A stretch of 64,000 nt of DNA from Myxococcales bacterium (GCA_045863395.1 BTVJ01000002.1:160001-224000); one strand, 5' to 3'. Shown: positions 10,574-20,149, counted from the first letter of the stretch. The notes: a model not told the origin generated them from the sequence alone. Made by a program: numbers and translations.

Positions 10574-11605
10574 ATGAGCAAGCAAGAGTCGAAGGCGGCG
10601 CCGTTGATGGCGGAGCGGCCGATCCGGGGGCGCCGGCTGCTGTCGGGGGTGCAGCCATCGGGGCTGCTGCACCTCGGCAACTGGTTCGGGGCTATGCAGC
10701 AGCACATCGAGCTTCAGCACGACAACGACGCCTTCTACTTCATCGCGAACTACCACTCGCTGACGACCGTGCAGGACGCGAAGCGCCTGCGGGAGCTGAC
10801 CCGCAACGTGGCGCTGGACTACCTGGCGCTGGGGCTCGATCCGTCGCGTGCGCGCTTGTTTCGGCAGTCGGACGTGCCGGAGGTCACCGAGCTGGCGTGG
10901 CTGCTGGCGGTGCTGGTCGGCATGGGCGACCTGGAGCGGGCCGTGTCCTACAAGGACAAGGTCTCCAGGGGCATCCCGGCGACGGCGGGGCTGTTCACCT
11001 ACCCCCTGCTCATGGCGGCCGACATCCTGATCTACGGCAGCGAGGTCGTGCCCGTAGGCGAGGACCAGGTGCAGCACATCGAGATGACCCGCCGCTTCGC
11101 GACGCGGTTCAACACGGAGTACGGCGCGGAGGTCTTCACGCTGCCTCAGGCCCTGCTCAACGAGGCGCGCACGGTTCCGGGGCTCGACGGGCAGAAGATG
11201 TCCAAGAGCTACGGCAACACCATCGACCTGTTTGCCGCACCGAAGGTGGCCCGCAAGGCCATCATGTCCATCGTGACCGACAGCACGCCCGTGGAAGATC
11301 CCAAGGACCCCGAGCGCTGCAACGCCTTCGCGATCCTCAAGCTGCTGGTGAGCGCGGAGGAGGCCGCGGCGTGGGCGGAGCGCTACCGCACGGGACCGCT
11401 CGGGTACGGCGAGGTCAAGCTGCGCATCTTCGAGCGCTACGGGGAGGTCTTCGGGCCGGCGCGGGAGCGGCGGGAGGCCCTGGCCGCCGACCCGGACATG
11501 GTGGAGGACATCCTGATCGACGGGGCGCGGCGGGCGCGGGAGGTTGCGGTCGGGGTGATGGACGCGGCGCGGGAGGCGTGTGGCATCGTCACTGGCAGGA
11601 GGTGA
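10574..11605 (+). CDS. trpS: Tryptophan--tRNA ligase
   Basis: SGVQPSGLLHLGN, YPLLMAADIL, VPVGEDQ, KMSKS. Confidence 0.97.
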   Translation: MSKQESKAAPLMAERPIRGRRLLSGVQPSGLLHLGNWFGAMQQHIELQHDNDAFYFIANYHSLTTVQDAKRLRELTRNVALDYLALGLDPSRARLFRQSDVPEVTELAWLLAVLVGMGDLERAVSYKDKVSRGIPATAGLFTYPLLMAADILIYGSEVVPVGEDQVQHIEMTRRFATRFNTEYGAEVFTLPQALLNEARTVPGLDGQKMSKSYGNTIDLFAAPKVARKAIMSIVTDSTPVEDPKDPERCNAFAILKLLVSAEEAAAWAERYRTGPLGYGEVKLRIFERYGEVFGPARERREALAADPDMVEDILIDGARRAREVAVGVMDAAREACGIVTGRR

Positions 11606-11617
11606 GCCCAGCGTGGG

Positions 11618-12685
11618 TCACCCGTCGGTGACCACCCGGTTGCGCCCCCCGTCCTTCGCCCGGTAGAGGGCTGCGTCGACCCGCCTCATCAGGGCGAGCG
11701 TGTCCTCGCCGGGCTGGAGGCACGCCACTCCGAAGCTCGCCGTGACCACGTCGGGCATACCCTCCACGGACATACCTGCGAGCTGTGCGCGGAGGCGCTC
11801 GGCCACGCGAGTCCCCTGGTCGAGCCCCGTAGACGGGAGCAGCACGACGAACTCCTCGCCGCCGATGCGCGCGACGACGTCGTAGGGCCGGGCGACCTCC
11901 TTGAGGTGGCGCGCGGTCTCCTGCAGCACCAGGTCGCCGACGCCGTGGCCGTAGGTGTCGTTGATGGACTTGAAGTAGTCCAGGTCGAGCATGATGAGCG
12001 TCAGCGGCGCCAGGCTGCGCTCGGAGCGCTCGTGCTCCCGCTTCAGGGCGGTCATGAAGGTGCGCCGGTTTGCGACGCTGGTCAGGGGGTCGAGGGCGGC
12101 CAGCTCCGAGATGACCTTGTAGGCCTCCTCGAGCTGCCTCGTGCGCTCGAGCAGCTCGCGGGTGCGCTCACGGACCCGCCGCTCCAGCTCCAGGTTGGAC
12201 TGGCGCAGCTCGTCGATCAGGCGGCGGCGCTCCCGCAGGAGCCGGTTGTGCTCGACGCCTCGCGCCACGATGCCCTGGAGCTCGAACGCCTGCCAGGGCT
12301 TGGTCAGGTAGTAGAAGATGTGCCCCTCGTTGACCGCCTGGACGACCGTCTGGATGTCACCGTAGGCCGTCAACAGGATGCGCGCCGCGTCCGGCTGGAT
12401 GCGGACGGCGGCTGAGAGGAGCTCGGTGCCCGACATCTCCGGCATGCGCTGGTCGGAGAGCACGACCGCGACCTGGTGCTCGGCGAGGAGCCGGAGGGCC
12501 TCGTTCCCGTCCCGGGCAGAGAGCACGTAGTGGTGATCGATGAGCTGCTCGACGAGCAGGAGCCGCATGGCGACGTCGTCGTCCACGACGAGCACCGTTG
12601 CCAGGTCCGGGGCGGCGGGCGCGTCGTCGCGTGCGTCGTCGTCCGGGCCGTGGGAGCTCTCGCCATCCTCGATTCGGTTGGACAC
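11618..12685 (-). CDS. Response regulator diguanylate cyclase (REC + GGDEF)
   Basis: VLVVDDD, SDQRMPEMSG; DPLT, DLDYFKSINDTYGH, RPYD I-site, GGEEF, AKDGGRN. Confidence 0.93.
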   Translation of the reverse strand: MSNRIEDGESSHGPDDDARDDAPAAPDLATVLVVDDDVAMRLLLVEQLIDHHYVLSARDGNEALRLLAEHQVAVVLSDQRMPEMSGTELLSAAVRIQPDAARILLTAYGDIQTVVQAVNEGHIFYYLTKPWQAFELQGIVARGVEHNRLLRERRRLIDELRQSNLELERRVRERTRELLERTRQLEEAYKVISELAALDPLTSVANRRTFMTALKREHERSERSLAPLTLIMLDLDYFKSINDTYGHGVGDLVLQETARHLKEVARPYDVVARIGGEEFVVLLPSTGLDQGTRVAERLRAQLAGMSVEGMPDVVTASFGVACLQPGEDTLALMRRVDAALYRAKDGGRNRVVTDG

Positions 12686-12697
12686 GGAGCCCCCTCC

Positions 12698-13549
12698 CTA
12701 GAAGAAGTCTTGATCGGCCACCAGGGTAGCGAGCACGGCCCGCGCCGACTGTGGACGGTCTGCCGGGTCCTTCGACAACAAGCTCATGACCAGCGACGCC
12801 AGGGCCGGCGGACAGTCGGGAGCCGACGGGTGCCCATGGAGCGACGTCGGGACATGCGTCTGGTGCATGTGGAGGAAGTTCACGATGTTGGTCGCCGGGA
12901 TGGGGTGCTCCCCCGTCAGGCACTCGTAGAGGATGATCCCCAGGGAGTACAGATCCGAGCGGGTGTCGGCACGGGTCGCGTCCACCGCCTCGGGGGCCAG
13001 GTACTGGATGCTGCCGAGGCTCATCCCGCGACGGGTCAGGCGCCGGTCGCTGGGGTCCGCGTCGGTGAAGCGCACGAGGCCGAAGTCGATGACCTTCACC
13101 TGGTCCCCGGCCGCAACGAAGATGTTGTCCGGCTTGAGGTCCCGGTGGATGATCGCGTGCCCGTGCGCCTCTACGAGCCCGTTGGTGAGCTGGGTGGCGA
13201 TGCGCTGGACGCGCCCCGGCTGCAGGCGGCGCTCCCGGTCGAGGAGCTGGCGCAGGGTGTCGCCCTTCAGCAGCTCGACGACCATGTAGCAGGCTCCCTC
13301 TGGCGTGACGCCCGTGTCGAGGAGCCGGATGAGCGTCGGGTGCTTGAGCAGGCGCCCGGCCTCGATCTCGCGCCGGAACCGCCCCAACGCCTGGGGGTTG
13401 GTCGTCAGCGTGGGATCCAGGATCTTGAGCGCGACCTCTTGCCCATCGGCGAGGCGCCGTGCCCGGTGGACGCTGGTGGTCTGGCCGCCGCCGAGCAGCT
13501 CCAATAGCTCATAGCGGTCGTCGAAGATCTCCGGCTGTCGTGCCTGCAT
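12698..13549 (-). CDS. Stand-alone Hanks-type Ser/Thr protein kinase
   Basis: VALK, HRDLKPDN, DFG, YLAPE, SDLYSLG; ATG at 13549. Confidence 0.92.
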   Translation of the reverse strand: MQARQPEIFDDRYELLELLGGGQTTSVHRARRLADGQEVALKILDPTLTTNPQALGRFRREIEAGRLLKHPTLIRLLDTGVTPEGACYMVVELLKGDTLRQLLDRERRLQPGRVQRIATQLTNGLVEAHGHAIIHRDLKPDNIFVAAGDQVKVIDFGLVRFTDADPSDRRLTRRGMSLGSIQYLAPEAVDATRADTRSDLYSLGIILYECLTGEHPIPATNIVNFLHMHQTHVPTSLHGHPSAPDCPPALASLVMSLLSKDPADRPQSARAVLATLVADQDFF

Positions 13550-13725
13550 GGGGGCGTCTCCTTGGGGCGCCCACTGTAGCGCGCATCGCCGGGCAGGTCG
13601 AGGGCGCGGCCGTGGCGGCCATGGGTTCCGCGGGGTTGATCGCGCAGCGGAGCGGCGCGCGCCGAGCGCGCCGACGTCCTGGATCGTCTTGATCGGGGCT
13701 CTCGCTGGCGGCAAGGTGCTCGCCC

Positions 13726-14952
13726 ATGGCGGATCTTCTCACGTCGTTGGCGCGGGAGCTGGAGCGGGACGGCGCGGCGCTGGGGGTCTCCGTGTGCGTG
13801 GGGGACTGCCGGGGGAGGCGCGCAGTGCTCGACGTGCGGCGGGGCGGGGCGACGGGGCACCTGGCGTTGACCCCACGGGAGCCCGGCAGCGGGGCGCAGC
13901 TTCGTGGCGCCGCGCTGGACGGGGACCTCACCTGGGACGGGGCGCCGGATGCGCGGCTGGAGGCGTGGATCGCGGCGCGGGCGGCGCGAGCGCTGGGGTC
14001 GGTGGCGCTGGCGCGCGCCATCGACGCGGGGGAGTATGATCCCCGGTCCATCCTGGACGTGGGCGTCGAGACCCTGGTGGAGCGCGGGCTCAAGCCCAGC
14101 GCGCGCCTGGCGGTGGCGGCGGACGCTGACCTGACCGCCTTGGAGGCGCGCGTGCCCGTCGTGGTGTCGTCGCGGGGCGACTTCGCGTTCACCCGGCAGG
14201 GGCGCCTCGACCTGGCGGCGGGCGGTCGTCGCTTCGTGTACCTGGGACATGACCGGGGCACGGTGGAGCGCCTGCGGGACATCGACGAGGTGCTGTTCTC
14301 GATGCGTGGCCTCTTGGGGGATCCGGCCCGCTCTCGGGCGCTCCGCCGCGAGCAGGGGCTGCTGCTCGGGTATCCCCGCTGCTGCGTGGAGTGGTTCGCC
14401 GCGGAGCGCCCGGCCACGGCGCCCCGCGACGAGCTCTGGGACCTCGCGGAGGCCCTGGGGTGGGATGGCCTCGTGGTGGACCCGCGCCTCGGCTTCGTGG
14501 CGTCGGTGCTCACGAAGATCCCCGTCCTGCCCCACGTGCCGTGCAGCGCGTCCTGTGACGCCACGGCCCGCCAGACCGGCGCCTGGATCCGCGCGCTCTA
14601 CAGCCCCTGGTGCGCCCGGGTGGTGCTGCGGCTCCTGGCGACCTCGGTGGCCCTGTGGCCAGACGGGCGCCTCGTGCCCTTTGCGCTGGATGGTGTCGAA
14701 GGCGGGGCGCTGCGGGTCCGCGACTTCAACCGCACGCCGTGGCCGGAGCTGATGACGGAGGCATGGAGTCTGCGCCGCCTGGACGGGGCGGAGGCCGTGG
14801 ACGCGATCCGGCGAGACGGCGGCTTGAGCGTGCGCGTGGAGGGCCAGTGGCGCCCGTGGGGACCCCCGGGGCGGCCGCTGCTGCTGCTGTTCGGCAGTGG
14901 TGCCCGAGGCGGGCCGGGAGCGCCCGGTGACGGGAGCAGGGGATCCTCGTAG
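13726..14952 (+). CDS. Hypothetical protein with DUF483-like domain
   Basis: GLLLGYPRCCVEWF and HVPCSASC motifs. Confidence 0.6.
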   Translation: MADLLTSLARELERDGAALGVSVCVGDCRGRRAVLDVRRGGATGHLALTPREPGSGAQLRGAALDGDLTWDGAPDARLEAWIAARAARALGSVALARAIDAGEYDPRSILDVGVETLVERGLKPSARLAVAADADLTALEARVPVVVSSRGDFAFTRQGRLDLAAGGRRFVYLGHDRGTVERLRDIDEVLFSMRGLLGDPARSRALRREQGLLLGYPRCCVEWFAAERPATAPRDELWDLAEALGWDGLVVDPRLGFVASVLTKIPVLPHVPCSASCDATARQTGAWIRALYSPWCARVVLRLLATSVALWPDGRLVPFALDGVEGGALRVRDFNRTPWPELMTEAWSLRRLDGAEAVDAIRRDGGLSVRVEGQWRPWGPPGRPLLLLFGSGARGGPGAPGDGSRGSS

Positions 14953-15034
14953 GGGAAGCAGGCGACGCGGGATGCCAGGCGGGGGCCGTCGTCCCCCTCG
15001 CCATCTGGTCGGCGATGGAGTAGGATCCGGCGCC

Positions 15035-16006
15035 ATGATCGCGCTGTGGATACTGACGATCCTCGCCTCCCCGGCAGAGCTGGACGCGGCCCTGGCCCGT
15101 GCCGGCGGCCGCCCCGTGATCCTCTACGTGGGCGCGGAGTGGTGCAGCCCCTGCAACGACCTGCGCGCCGAGGTGCTGGAGGTGCCCGAGACCGTGGCGC
15201 AGCTCGGCGCGACCGTGGTGCACGTGGACTTCGACACGCCGGAGGGGCAGGCGGTCACCGAGCGCTACGCGATCATCGACCTGCCGACGAGCGTGATTGT
15301 GGACCCGAAGGGCAGGGAGCTCTCGCGCGTGGCCGGCTACCCGGGACGCACGGAGTACCTGGAGGCGGTGCGGGATGCCCTGCGCGGGCGCTCCAGCCTG
15401 GATGCCGCGCGTGCAGGGACGGGGGAGGCCGCCAGACTGGATGTGGCGGAGGCCCTCCTCGTCAGGGGGAACGAGGCGGAGGCTGCCCCGTTGTTCTCTG
15501 CGTACTTCGACCGCAGCGACGATCTGGGGGCGCGAGCCACCCGCGTCTGGGGACGCTACCTGCTCCGGGTCCGGAAGCGGGCGGTCGAGGCGGAGGCCCA
15601 CTTCCGCGCCGCGGCTGAGCGCTTCCGCGGCCTCCCCGCCGAGGGCAGCTTCATCTACTGGGCCGCGCGCGCGTGCGACGCCCAGGGCAAGCGCGACGAG
15701 GCCGTGGCCCTCTTCGATGCGTGGGGGGCGCGCGCCCCGGCGTCACAGGACCCGGCCCTCGAGAAGGCCGACTTCCTGGTCCAGGTGGGCGCAGAGGCTG
15801 GGGTCTGCGAGCAGGCCATCCGCGCGGCGGAGCCGGGCGGCAAGGAGCTGGGCTGGCTCGCCTACCTGCTCGCCCAGGTACGGCTCAAGCAGGGAGACTG
15901 CGGCGGCGCTCGAGCCGCGGTGAAGCGCGCGCGGGAGCTGGAGCCGGGCCCGGCCATCTACCGCAACTTCGAAGGGCGCCTCGCCAAGGAGTGCGCGTCG
16001 CCATGA
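15035..16006 (+). CDS. Secreted thioredoxin-fold protein with TPR-like helical C-terminus
   Basis: AEWCSPC, cis-Pro LPT motif, Ala-rich helical repeats. Confidence 0.75.
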   Translation: MIALWILTILASPAELDAALARAGGRPVILYVGAEWCSPCNDLRAEVLEVPETVAQLGATVVHVDFDTPEGQAVTERYAIIDLPTSVIVDPKGRELSRVAGYPGRTEYLEAVRDALRGRSSLDAARAGTGEAARLDVAEALLVRGNEAEAAPLFSAYFDRSDDLGARATRVWGRYLLRVRKRAVEAEAHFRAAAERFRGLPAEGSFIYWAARACDAQGKRDEAVALFDAWGARAPASQDPALEKADFLVQVGAEAGVCEQAIRAAEPGGKELGWLAYLLAQVRLKQGDCGGARAAVKRARELEPGPAIYRNFEGRLAKECASP

Positions 16007-16551
16007 GCCGGGTGGTCGTGGATCTCGGTGACGTCCGCATCCGCGAGCTTGGTCCGGCGGACGCGAAGCCCATGGCGGCGCTGGCCAACAACCGCCAGGT
16101 CTGGCTCAACCTGCGGGACGTGGTCCCCCACCCGTACACGGTGGCCGACGGCCGCGCCTTCATCCGCAGCCAACTGGAGCGCGAGCGACCGGACGCATTC
16201 GCCATCGAGGCGGGAGGGGAGCTCGCCGGCGCCATCGGCCTCCACCGCGCGTCAGACGTCCACCGCTACACGGCCGAGCTGGGCTACTGGCTCGGCGAGC
16301 CCTACTGGGGCCGCGGCCTTGCGACCCGCTGCGTCCGCGCCCTGACGGACACCGCCCTCGCCGAGAGCGACCTCCTCCGCATCGAGGCCCACGTCTTCTC
16401 CTGGAACCCCGCCTCGGCCCGGGTCCTCGAGAAGGCAGGATTCCACTTCGAGGGAGTCCGCCGAGCCAGCGTCGTCAAGGACGGCCACATCCTCGATCAG
16501 CACATGTGGGTGCGCCTGCGAGCTGAACTGGGGGACCGCTGGCCTGGGTGA
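16003..16551 (+). CDS. GNAT N-acetyltransferase, RimJ/RimL family
   Basis: AELGYWLGEPYWGRGLAT, NPASARVLEKAGF; ATGA overlap with upstream gene. Confidence 0.92.
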   Translation: MSRVVVDLGDVRIRELGPADAKPMAALANNRQVWLNLRDVVPHPYTVADGRAFIRSQLERERPDAFAIEAGGELAGAIGLHRASDVHRYTAELGYWLGEPYWGRGLATRCVRALTDTALAESDLLRIEAHVFSWNPASARVLEKAGFHFEGVRRASVVKDGHILDQHMWVRLRAELGDRWPG

Positions 16552-16560
16552 GTCGAGGTT

Positions 16561-16630
16561 GGGGGTCAAGCCTACTCATATCTCATATCCTGGCGCGCCA
16601 GGATATGAGATATGAGTAGGCTTGACCCCC
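16561..16630. repeat. Perfect 70-bp palindrome (REP/REPIN-like element)
   Basis: GGGGGTCAAGCCTACTCATATCTCATATCCTGGCGCGCCAGGATATGAGATATGAGTAGGCTTGACCCCC is its own reverse complement; lies between convergent stop codons. Confidence 0.95.
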
Positions 16631-16631
16631 T

Positions 16632-17291
16632 CTATCGAGCCGGCTGGATGAGCTTCGCCGCCTCTGCCAGGGAGCGCTCCGTGACGGCTCCCTTGCGGAG
16701 GCAGCGGAGGCGGCCGGCCGTGTCCAGCAGCGCCTGGACGGGGAGGGCGGGCGGGTCATCCACGCCGAGCGCCGCGTAGAGCTGGGTCCGCCCCGCCCCT
16801 TCAGGCAGGTGCACCACTCGCGCCCGGATGTTCTGGCCCGGCTTGCTCGCCATGAAGCGGTCGAGCTGGCGGCGGTCGTCGTCGATGGACAGGAACAGCG
16901 GCGCTATCCGCTTGCCCGCGCCCTGCTGACTCGCGGCGAAGCGCTCCAGGAGCGGCATCTCCTCGATGCAGGGGGTGCACCAGGCGGCCCAGAGGCTCAC
17001 CCAGGTCCAGCCACCCTGCGCGCCGTCGCGGATGAGCTCGCCGGCCGGGATCGCGATGACCGGACCGTCCTCTCCGTGGGCCACGTCGCAGAGGGGACCG
17101 TCATCGTCCGCTGGCGTCGCCACGACGTCTGCCGTCGGAGGAGGCGGCGGCTTGACCTGGTCCGCCGTCACCACCTGGGCGCGCTGCGGCGGGGCGACCG
17201 CGGGGGCCCCGCCACTGAGTAGCGGCACCACGAACCACGCGCCCGCCCCGAGCACACCGAGAAACAGCAGGATCCCCAGAAGCCGCATCAC
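16632..17291 (-). CDS. TlpA-family thiol:disulfide oxidoreductase, membrane-anchored
   Basis: N-terminal TM; LWAAWCTPCIEEMP; LSIDD; ALP cis-Pro. Confidence 0.88.
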   Translation of the reverse strand: MMRLLGILLFLGVLGAGAWFVVPLLSGGAPAVAPPQRAQVVTADQVKPPPPPTADVVATPADDDGPLCDVAHGEDGPVIAIPAGELIRDGAQGGWTWVSLWAAWCTPCIEEMPLLERFAASQQGAGKRIAPLFLSIDDDRRQLDRFMASKPGQNIRARVVHLPEGAGRTQLYAALGVDDPPALPVQALLDTAGRLRCLRKGAVTERSLAEAAKLIQPAR

Positions 17292-17299
17292 GCCCCCAC

Positions 17300-18004
17300 T
17301 TAGAGTTGGCAGTCAATCCACGACACGACGGCGCTCCGGTTGATCAGCTCGGCTTTGCACGGCGTGCCTGTGCGGGAGCTCTGCCACGCGCAGAAGTCCT
17401 CCTCGAGCTGCGCGTACTCCTCGCCGAGCCACAGGAGGCCCACCTTCTTCTCGATGTCCGGGTCGCCGAAGCGCTCCTGGAGCTGGAACAGGATGGAGTT
17501 GGCTCGCCGGTGTGACAGGGCCCGGTTGCGGTCCGCGTCGCCGTCCGTAGAGGCCCGGGCCACCACCAGGAACCAGGAGGCGCCGCGCCTGTCGGACCAC
17601 AGGCGCTCCACCAGCGCCTTGCCGCCGTCGTCCAGGTCCTCCTTGCCCAGGTCATACAGCACGAGGCCCCCGCGGTCCTTCAAGGGGTCGAAGAGCGCGT
17701 TGAAGTCGCTGTCTGCGATCTGCGCCACGTTCTTCAGCTCTCCCGGCTGGCAGCCGCGGCGCCCGCCCCCAATCAGGCCGCAGTTGTTGAGCACGCGGCG
17801 CAGCACGGTCTTCAGGTGCTCGTTGCAGTAGCCCTCCTCCGCCGTCGATGCCACCGGGGCCGTCGCCTTCGGGACCGCGTCCGGCGTCACGCCCGGGTGC
17901 TCCAGGCGCTCCGCCGCGCGCCCTACCATGCCGCGGGTCGATATGCCCAGGGCGCCGAGCAGCGCAGCCATGCACACCACATTCAGGATCCAGGCTCCCT
18001 TCAT
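17300..18004 (-). CDS. Cys-rich exported protein with OmpA-like C-terminal domain
   Basis: Signal/TM segment; ARASTDGDADRNRALSHRRA resembles the OmpA-like peptidoglycan-binding motif; six Cys in the mature part. Confidence 0.6.
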   Translation of the reverse strand: MKGAWILNVVCMAALLGALGISTRGMVGRAAERLEHPGVTPDAVPKATAPVASTAEEGYCNEHLKTVLRRVLNNCGLIGGGRRGCQPGELKNVAQIADSDFNALFDPLKDRGGLVLYDLGKEDLDDGGKALVERLWSDRRGASWFLVVARASTDGDADRNRALSHRRANSILFQLQERFGDPDIEKKVGLLWLGEEYAQLEEDFCAWQSSRTGTPCKAELINRSAVVSWIDCQL

Positions 18005-19215
18005 CGCTCACCTCCTCGGAGGCGCCGGAGCGCGTACTCCATGCCCAGGTCCGTGTCCTCGTCGCACAGCCGCTTGCCGTCCACGTAGAGCTGGGGCGTG
18101 ATCACGGGCAGGGCGTTGTCCACGGCCCATCGCAGCGCGTCATTGAGGCGGATCGCGGTCTCCGGGGCGTCCAGGCAGGCGTCGATCTCGGGGAACCGCC
18201 CGACCAGCGTCTCCCGGATGCGGTCGAGGCGCCGCCCGCGGCCCGCCGAGCGCAGGTCGTCCTGCTGCTCGAATACGAAGTCGAGCAGCTCGGACGCGCG
18301 GGGGCCGGCGCACAAGAGCCCCTTCGAGAGCAGGCACGCGCCCGGGTGCAGCGAGTCCTTGAGCATGAAGTTGCACTCCGCGTCGAGGGGCATGAGCAGC
18401 ATGTGCATGTCCAGGTCCCGCGGCGCGCTGTGCAGGGTCTCGTGGAACGCCTTGCACGCCGGGCACAGCGGATCGAGCACCATCACCGCCTCGGTCCCCT
18501 GCCCGCCGAGCGGCACCAGCACACCGCGGGGATCCTCCCGGCTCGCCAGCCGCTCGCAGTCGAGGACGTGCTTGTCGTAGTCCGGCAGCGACGCCGCGTA
18601 GAGCGCCGGAGGGCCCAGCACGGCGAGCCCCATCTCGACGCTGAGCGCGGCGAATGCCCCGAAGCCCCCGAAGGTGGCCGCAGGGGTGTCGTCCTCCGCC
18701 GCTGCGGCCAGCGCGAGGCGCCGGTCCTTCACCGCCGTCATCGCGGCGGCAATGGCGCCGGCGAGCAGGACCGCCGACGCCAGGTACATGCCTGCGCAGG
18801 TCTGGCACACCGTCCCGAGCTTGCCGAGCGCGATGCTCGCGTAGGTGCCCGAGGCTCCGGCGGCCACCACCCCGGACGCGAGCAGGAACAGCGACGGCCA
18901 CAGGTCATGGGCGCGCCGGGATGCGAGGGACCACACGCCGAGGGCGAGGGCAAAGGCGAACAGGCCCAGCGCGAACAGCGACACGGGGACCCCTCCCCAC
19001 CAGCGGTCCCGCCAGAAGGACGAGTACGGCGACTGCATCGCGACCTTGCAGCCCTCTCCTCCCGCGTCTTGCGCCGGCAGCAGGGAGCAGCTCACGGGGT
19101 GGACCTGCCGGTCCAGGTGAGCGGCGAAGTCTCCGGTGGACACCCCCGCGTAGACTACCCCGAGCAGCGCCCCGAGCACCGCCACCACCACGAACGCGCC
19201 TGTCAGACGGCTCAC
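18001..19215 (-). CDS. VKOR-DsbA fusion protein
   Basis: Loop Cys pair (VSCS...GCKVAMQSPYS), active-site CQTC, about 5 TM; C-terminal thioredoxin fold DPLCPAC, MPLDAECN, ITP. Confidence 0.85.
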   Translation of the reverse strand: MSRLTGAFVVVAVLGALLGVVYAGVSTGDFAAHLDRQVHPVSCSLLPAQDAGGEGCKVAMQSPYSSFWRDRWWGGVPVSLFALGLFAFALALGVWSLASRRAHDLWPSLFLLASGVVAAGASGTYASIALGKLGTVCQTCAGMYLASAVLLAGAIAAAMTAVKDRRLALAAAAEDDTPAATFGGFGAFAALSVEMGLAVLGPPALYAASLPDYDKHVLDCERLASREDPRGVLVPLGGQGTEAVMVLDPLCPACKAFHETLHSAPRDLDMHMLLMPLDAECNFMLKDSLHPGACLLSKGLLCAGPRASELLDFVFEQQDDLRSAGRGRRLDRIRETLVGRFPEIDACLDAPETAIRLNDALRWAVDNALPVITPQLYVDGKRLCDEDTDLGMEYALRRLRGGER

Positions 19216-19571
19216 TCCGACTCCTCCGTGGGCGCGAAGCGACGCGACGCCTTGCGCACGCTCCGCTGCTTCTTCTCAGTCAGGCGCTCTTCTTTTGCGC
19301 CTCGCGGGACCTTGGTCGGCACGCGCTCCGGGTCCACGTGGTTCAGCTCCGCCAGACGCTCCGCCATGCGCTCGAAGGCGAGGTCCCGGTTGCGGGTCTG
19401 GCTGCGTCGCTCGGTGGCCATCACCACCGTCCCCGACGGCGGGTGGACGAGCCGCACCCCCGTCTCCCGCTTGTTGCGGTGCTGCCCGCCCGGTCCGCTC
19501 CCCTTGAGGAAGGTGACCTCGCAGACCTCCTCGAGGGTCTCCCGGTCCGTGGCCCACGGCGCGTCGGTCAC
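19212..19571 (-). CDS. Short GGQ peptidyl-tRNA hydrolase domain protein (ArfB/PrfH-like release factor homolog)
   Basis: GSGPGGQHRNKRETGVRLVH, ERRSQTRNR, basic C-terminal tail; GTG at 19571 overlaps the NUDIX stop. Confidence 0.88.
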   Translation of the reverse strand: MTDAPWATDRETLEEVCEVTFLKGSGPGGQHRNKRETGVRLVHPPSGTVVMATERRSQTRNRDLAFERMAERLAELNHVDPERVPTKVPRGAKEERLTEKKQRSVRKASRRFAPTEESE

Positions 19572-20077
19572 GCTCTCTCCAACAGCATCAGCGCCGCGAG
19601 GCTCTTCGCGTCGCACAGCGCTCCGGTCCCGATGGCGTCCCGAACGCGCCCCGAATCGAGCGTCTCGACGCTGATCTCCTCCCCCACGTCCAGGCGCTGC
19701 CCCTCGAAGCGCAGCCCCCGCGCCGCGAAGACCTCCATCCACTCGGTCGAGAAGGAGGGCGCCAGCCAGAACCCCCCGAGGCGCTCCATGGTTGCGGCCC
19801 GGTAGCCCGTCTCCTCCAGCAGCTCGCGGTGGGCGCAGGCGAGCGCGTCCTCCGGGGGCTCCAGCGTCCCGGCCGGCAGCTCGAGCACCGCGCCGCCCAC
19901 GGCAAAGCGCCGGTTTCGGATCAGCACGACGCGCCCGTCGTCGAGCACCGGCACCAGCACCACGGAGCCCGGGTGCACCACCAGCAGCTCCCGCCGGGGG
20001 CCGCCAGCGCCAATGTCCACCTCGACGACCCGCGCCTCGCCCTTGCGCCCCCTCCACAGTGTCTCGATCTCACGCAT
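19568..20077 (-). CDS. NUDIX hydrolase (ADP-ribose pyrophosphatase-like)
   Basis: HPGSV, ELPAGTLE...AHRELLEETGY Nudix box. Confidence 0.92.
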   Translation of the reverse strand: MREIETLWRGRKGEARVVEVDIGAGGPRRELLVVHPGSVVLVPVLDDGRVVLIRNRRFAVGGAVLELPAGTLEPPEDALACAHRELLEETGYRAATMERLGGFWLAPSFSTEWMEVFAARGLRFEGQRLDVGEEISVETLDSGRVRDAIGTGALCDAKSLAALMLLERA

Positions 20078-20149
20078 GGGCGCCATGATAGGGGTGTTGC
20101 CGCGCGGGAGCAACGGGCCCGCTGGCCTGCCTTCGTGTATGCTGCGCCC

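Noticed and set aside
16561..16630. Simple rho-independent terminator call for the palindrome
   Set aside because: No U-tract on either side and the stem is far longer than a typical terminator.
19212..19571. PrfH-RtcB ribosome repair system
   Set aside because: No rtcB in the window and the protein is too short for PrfH.
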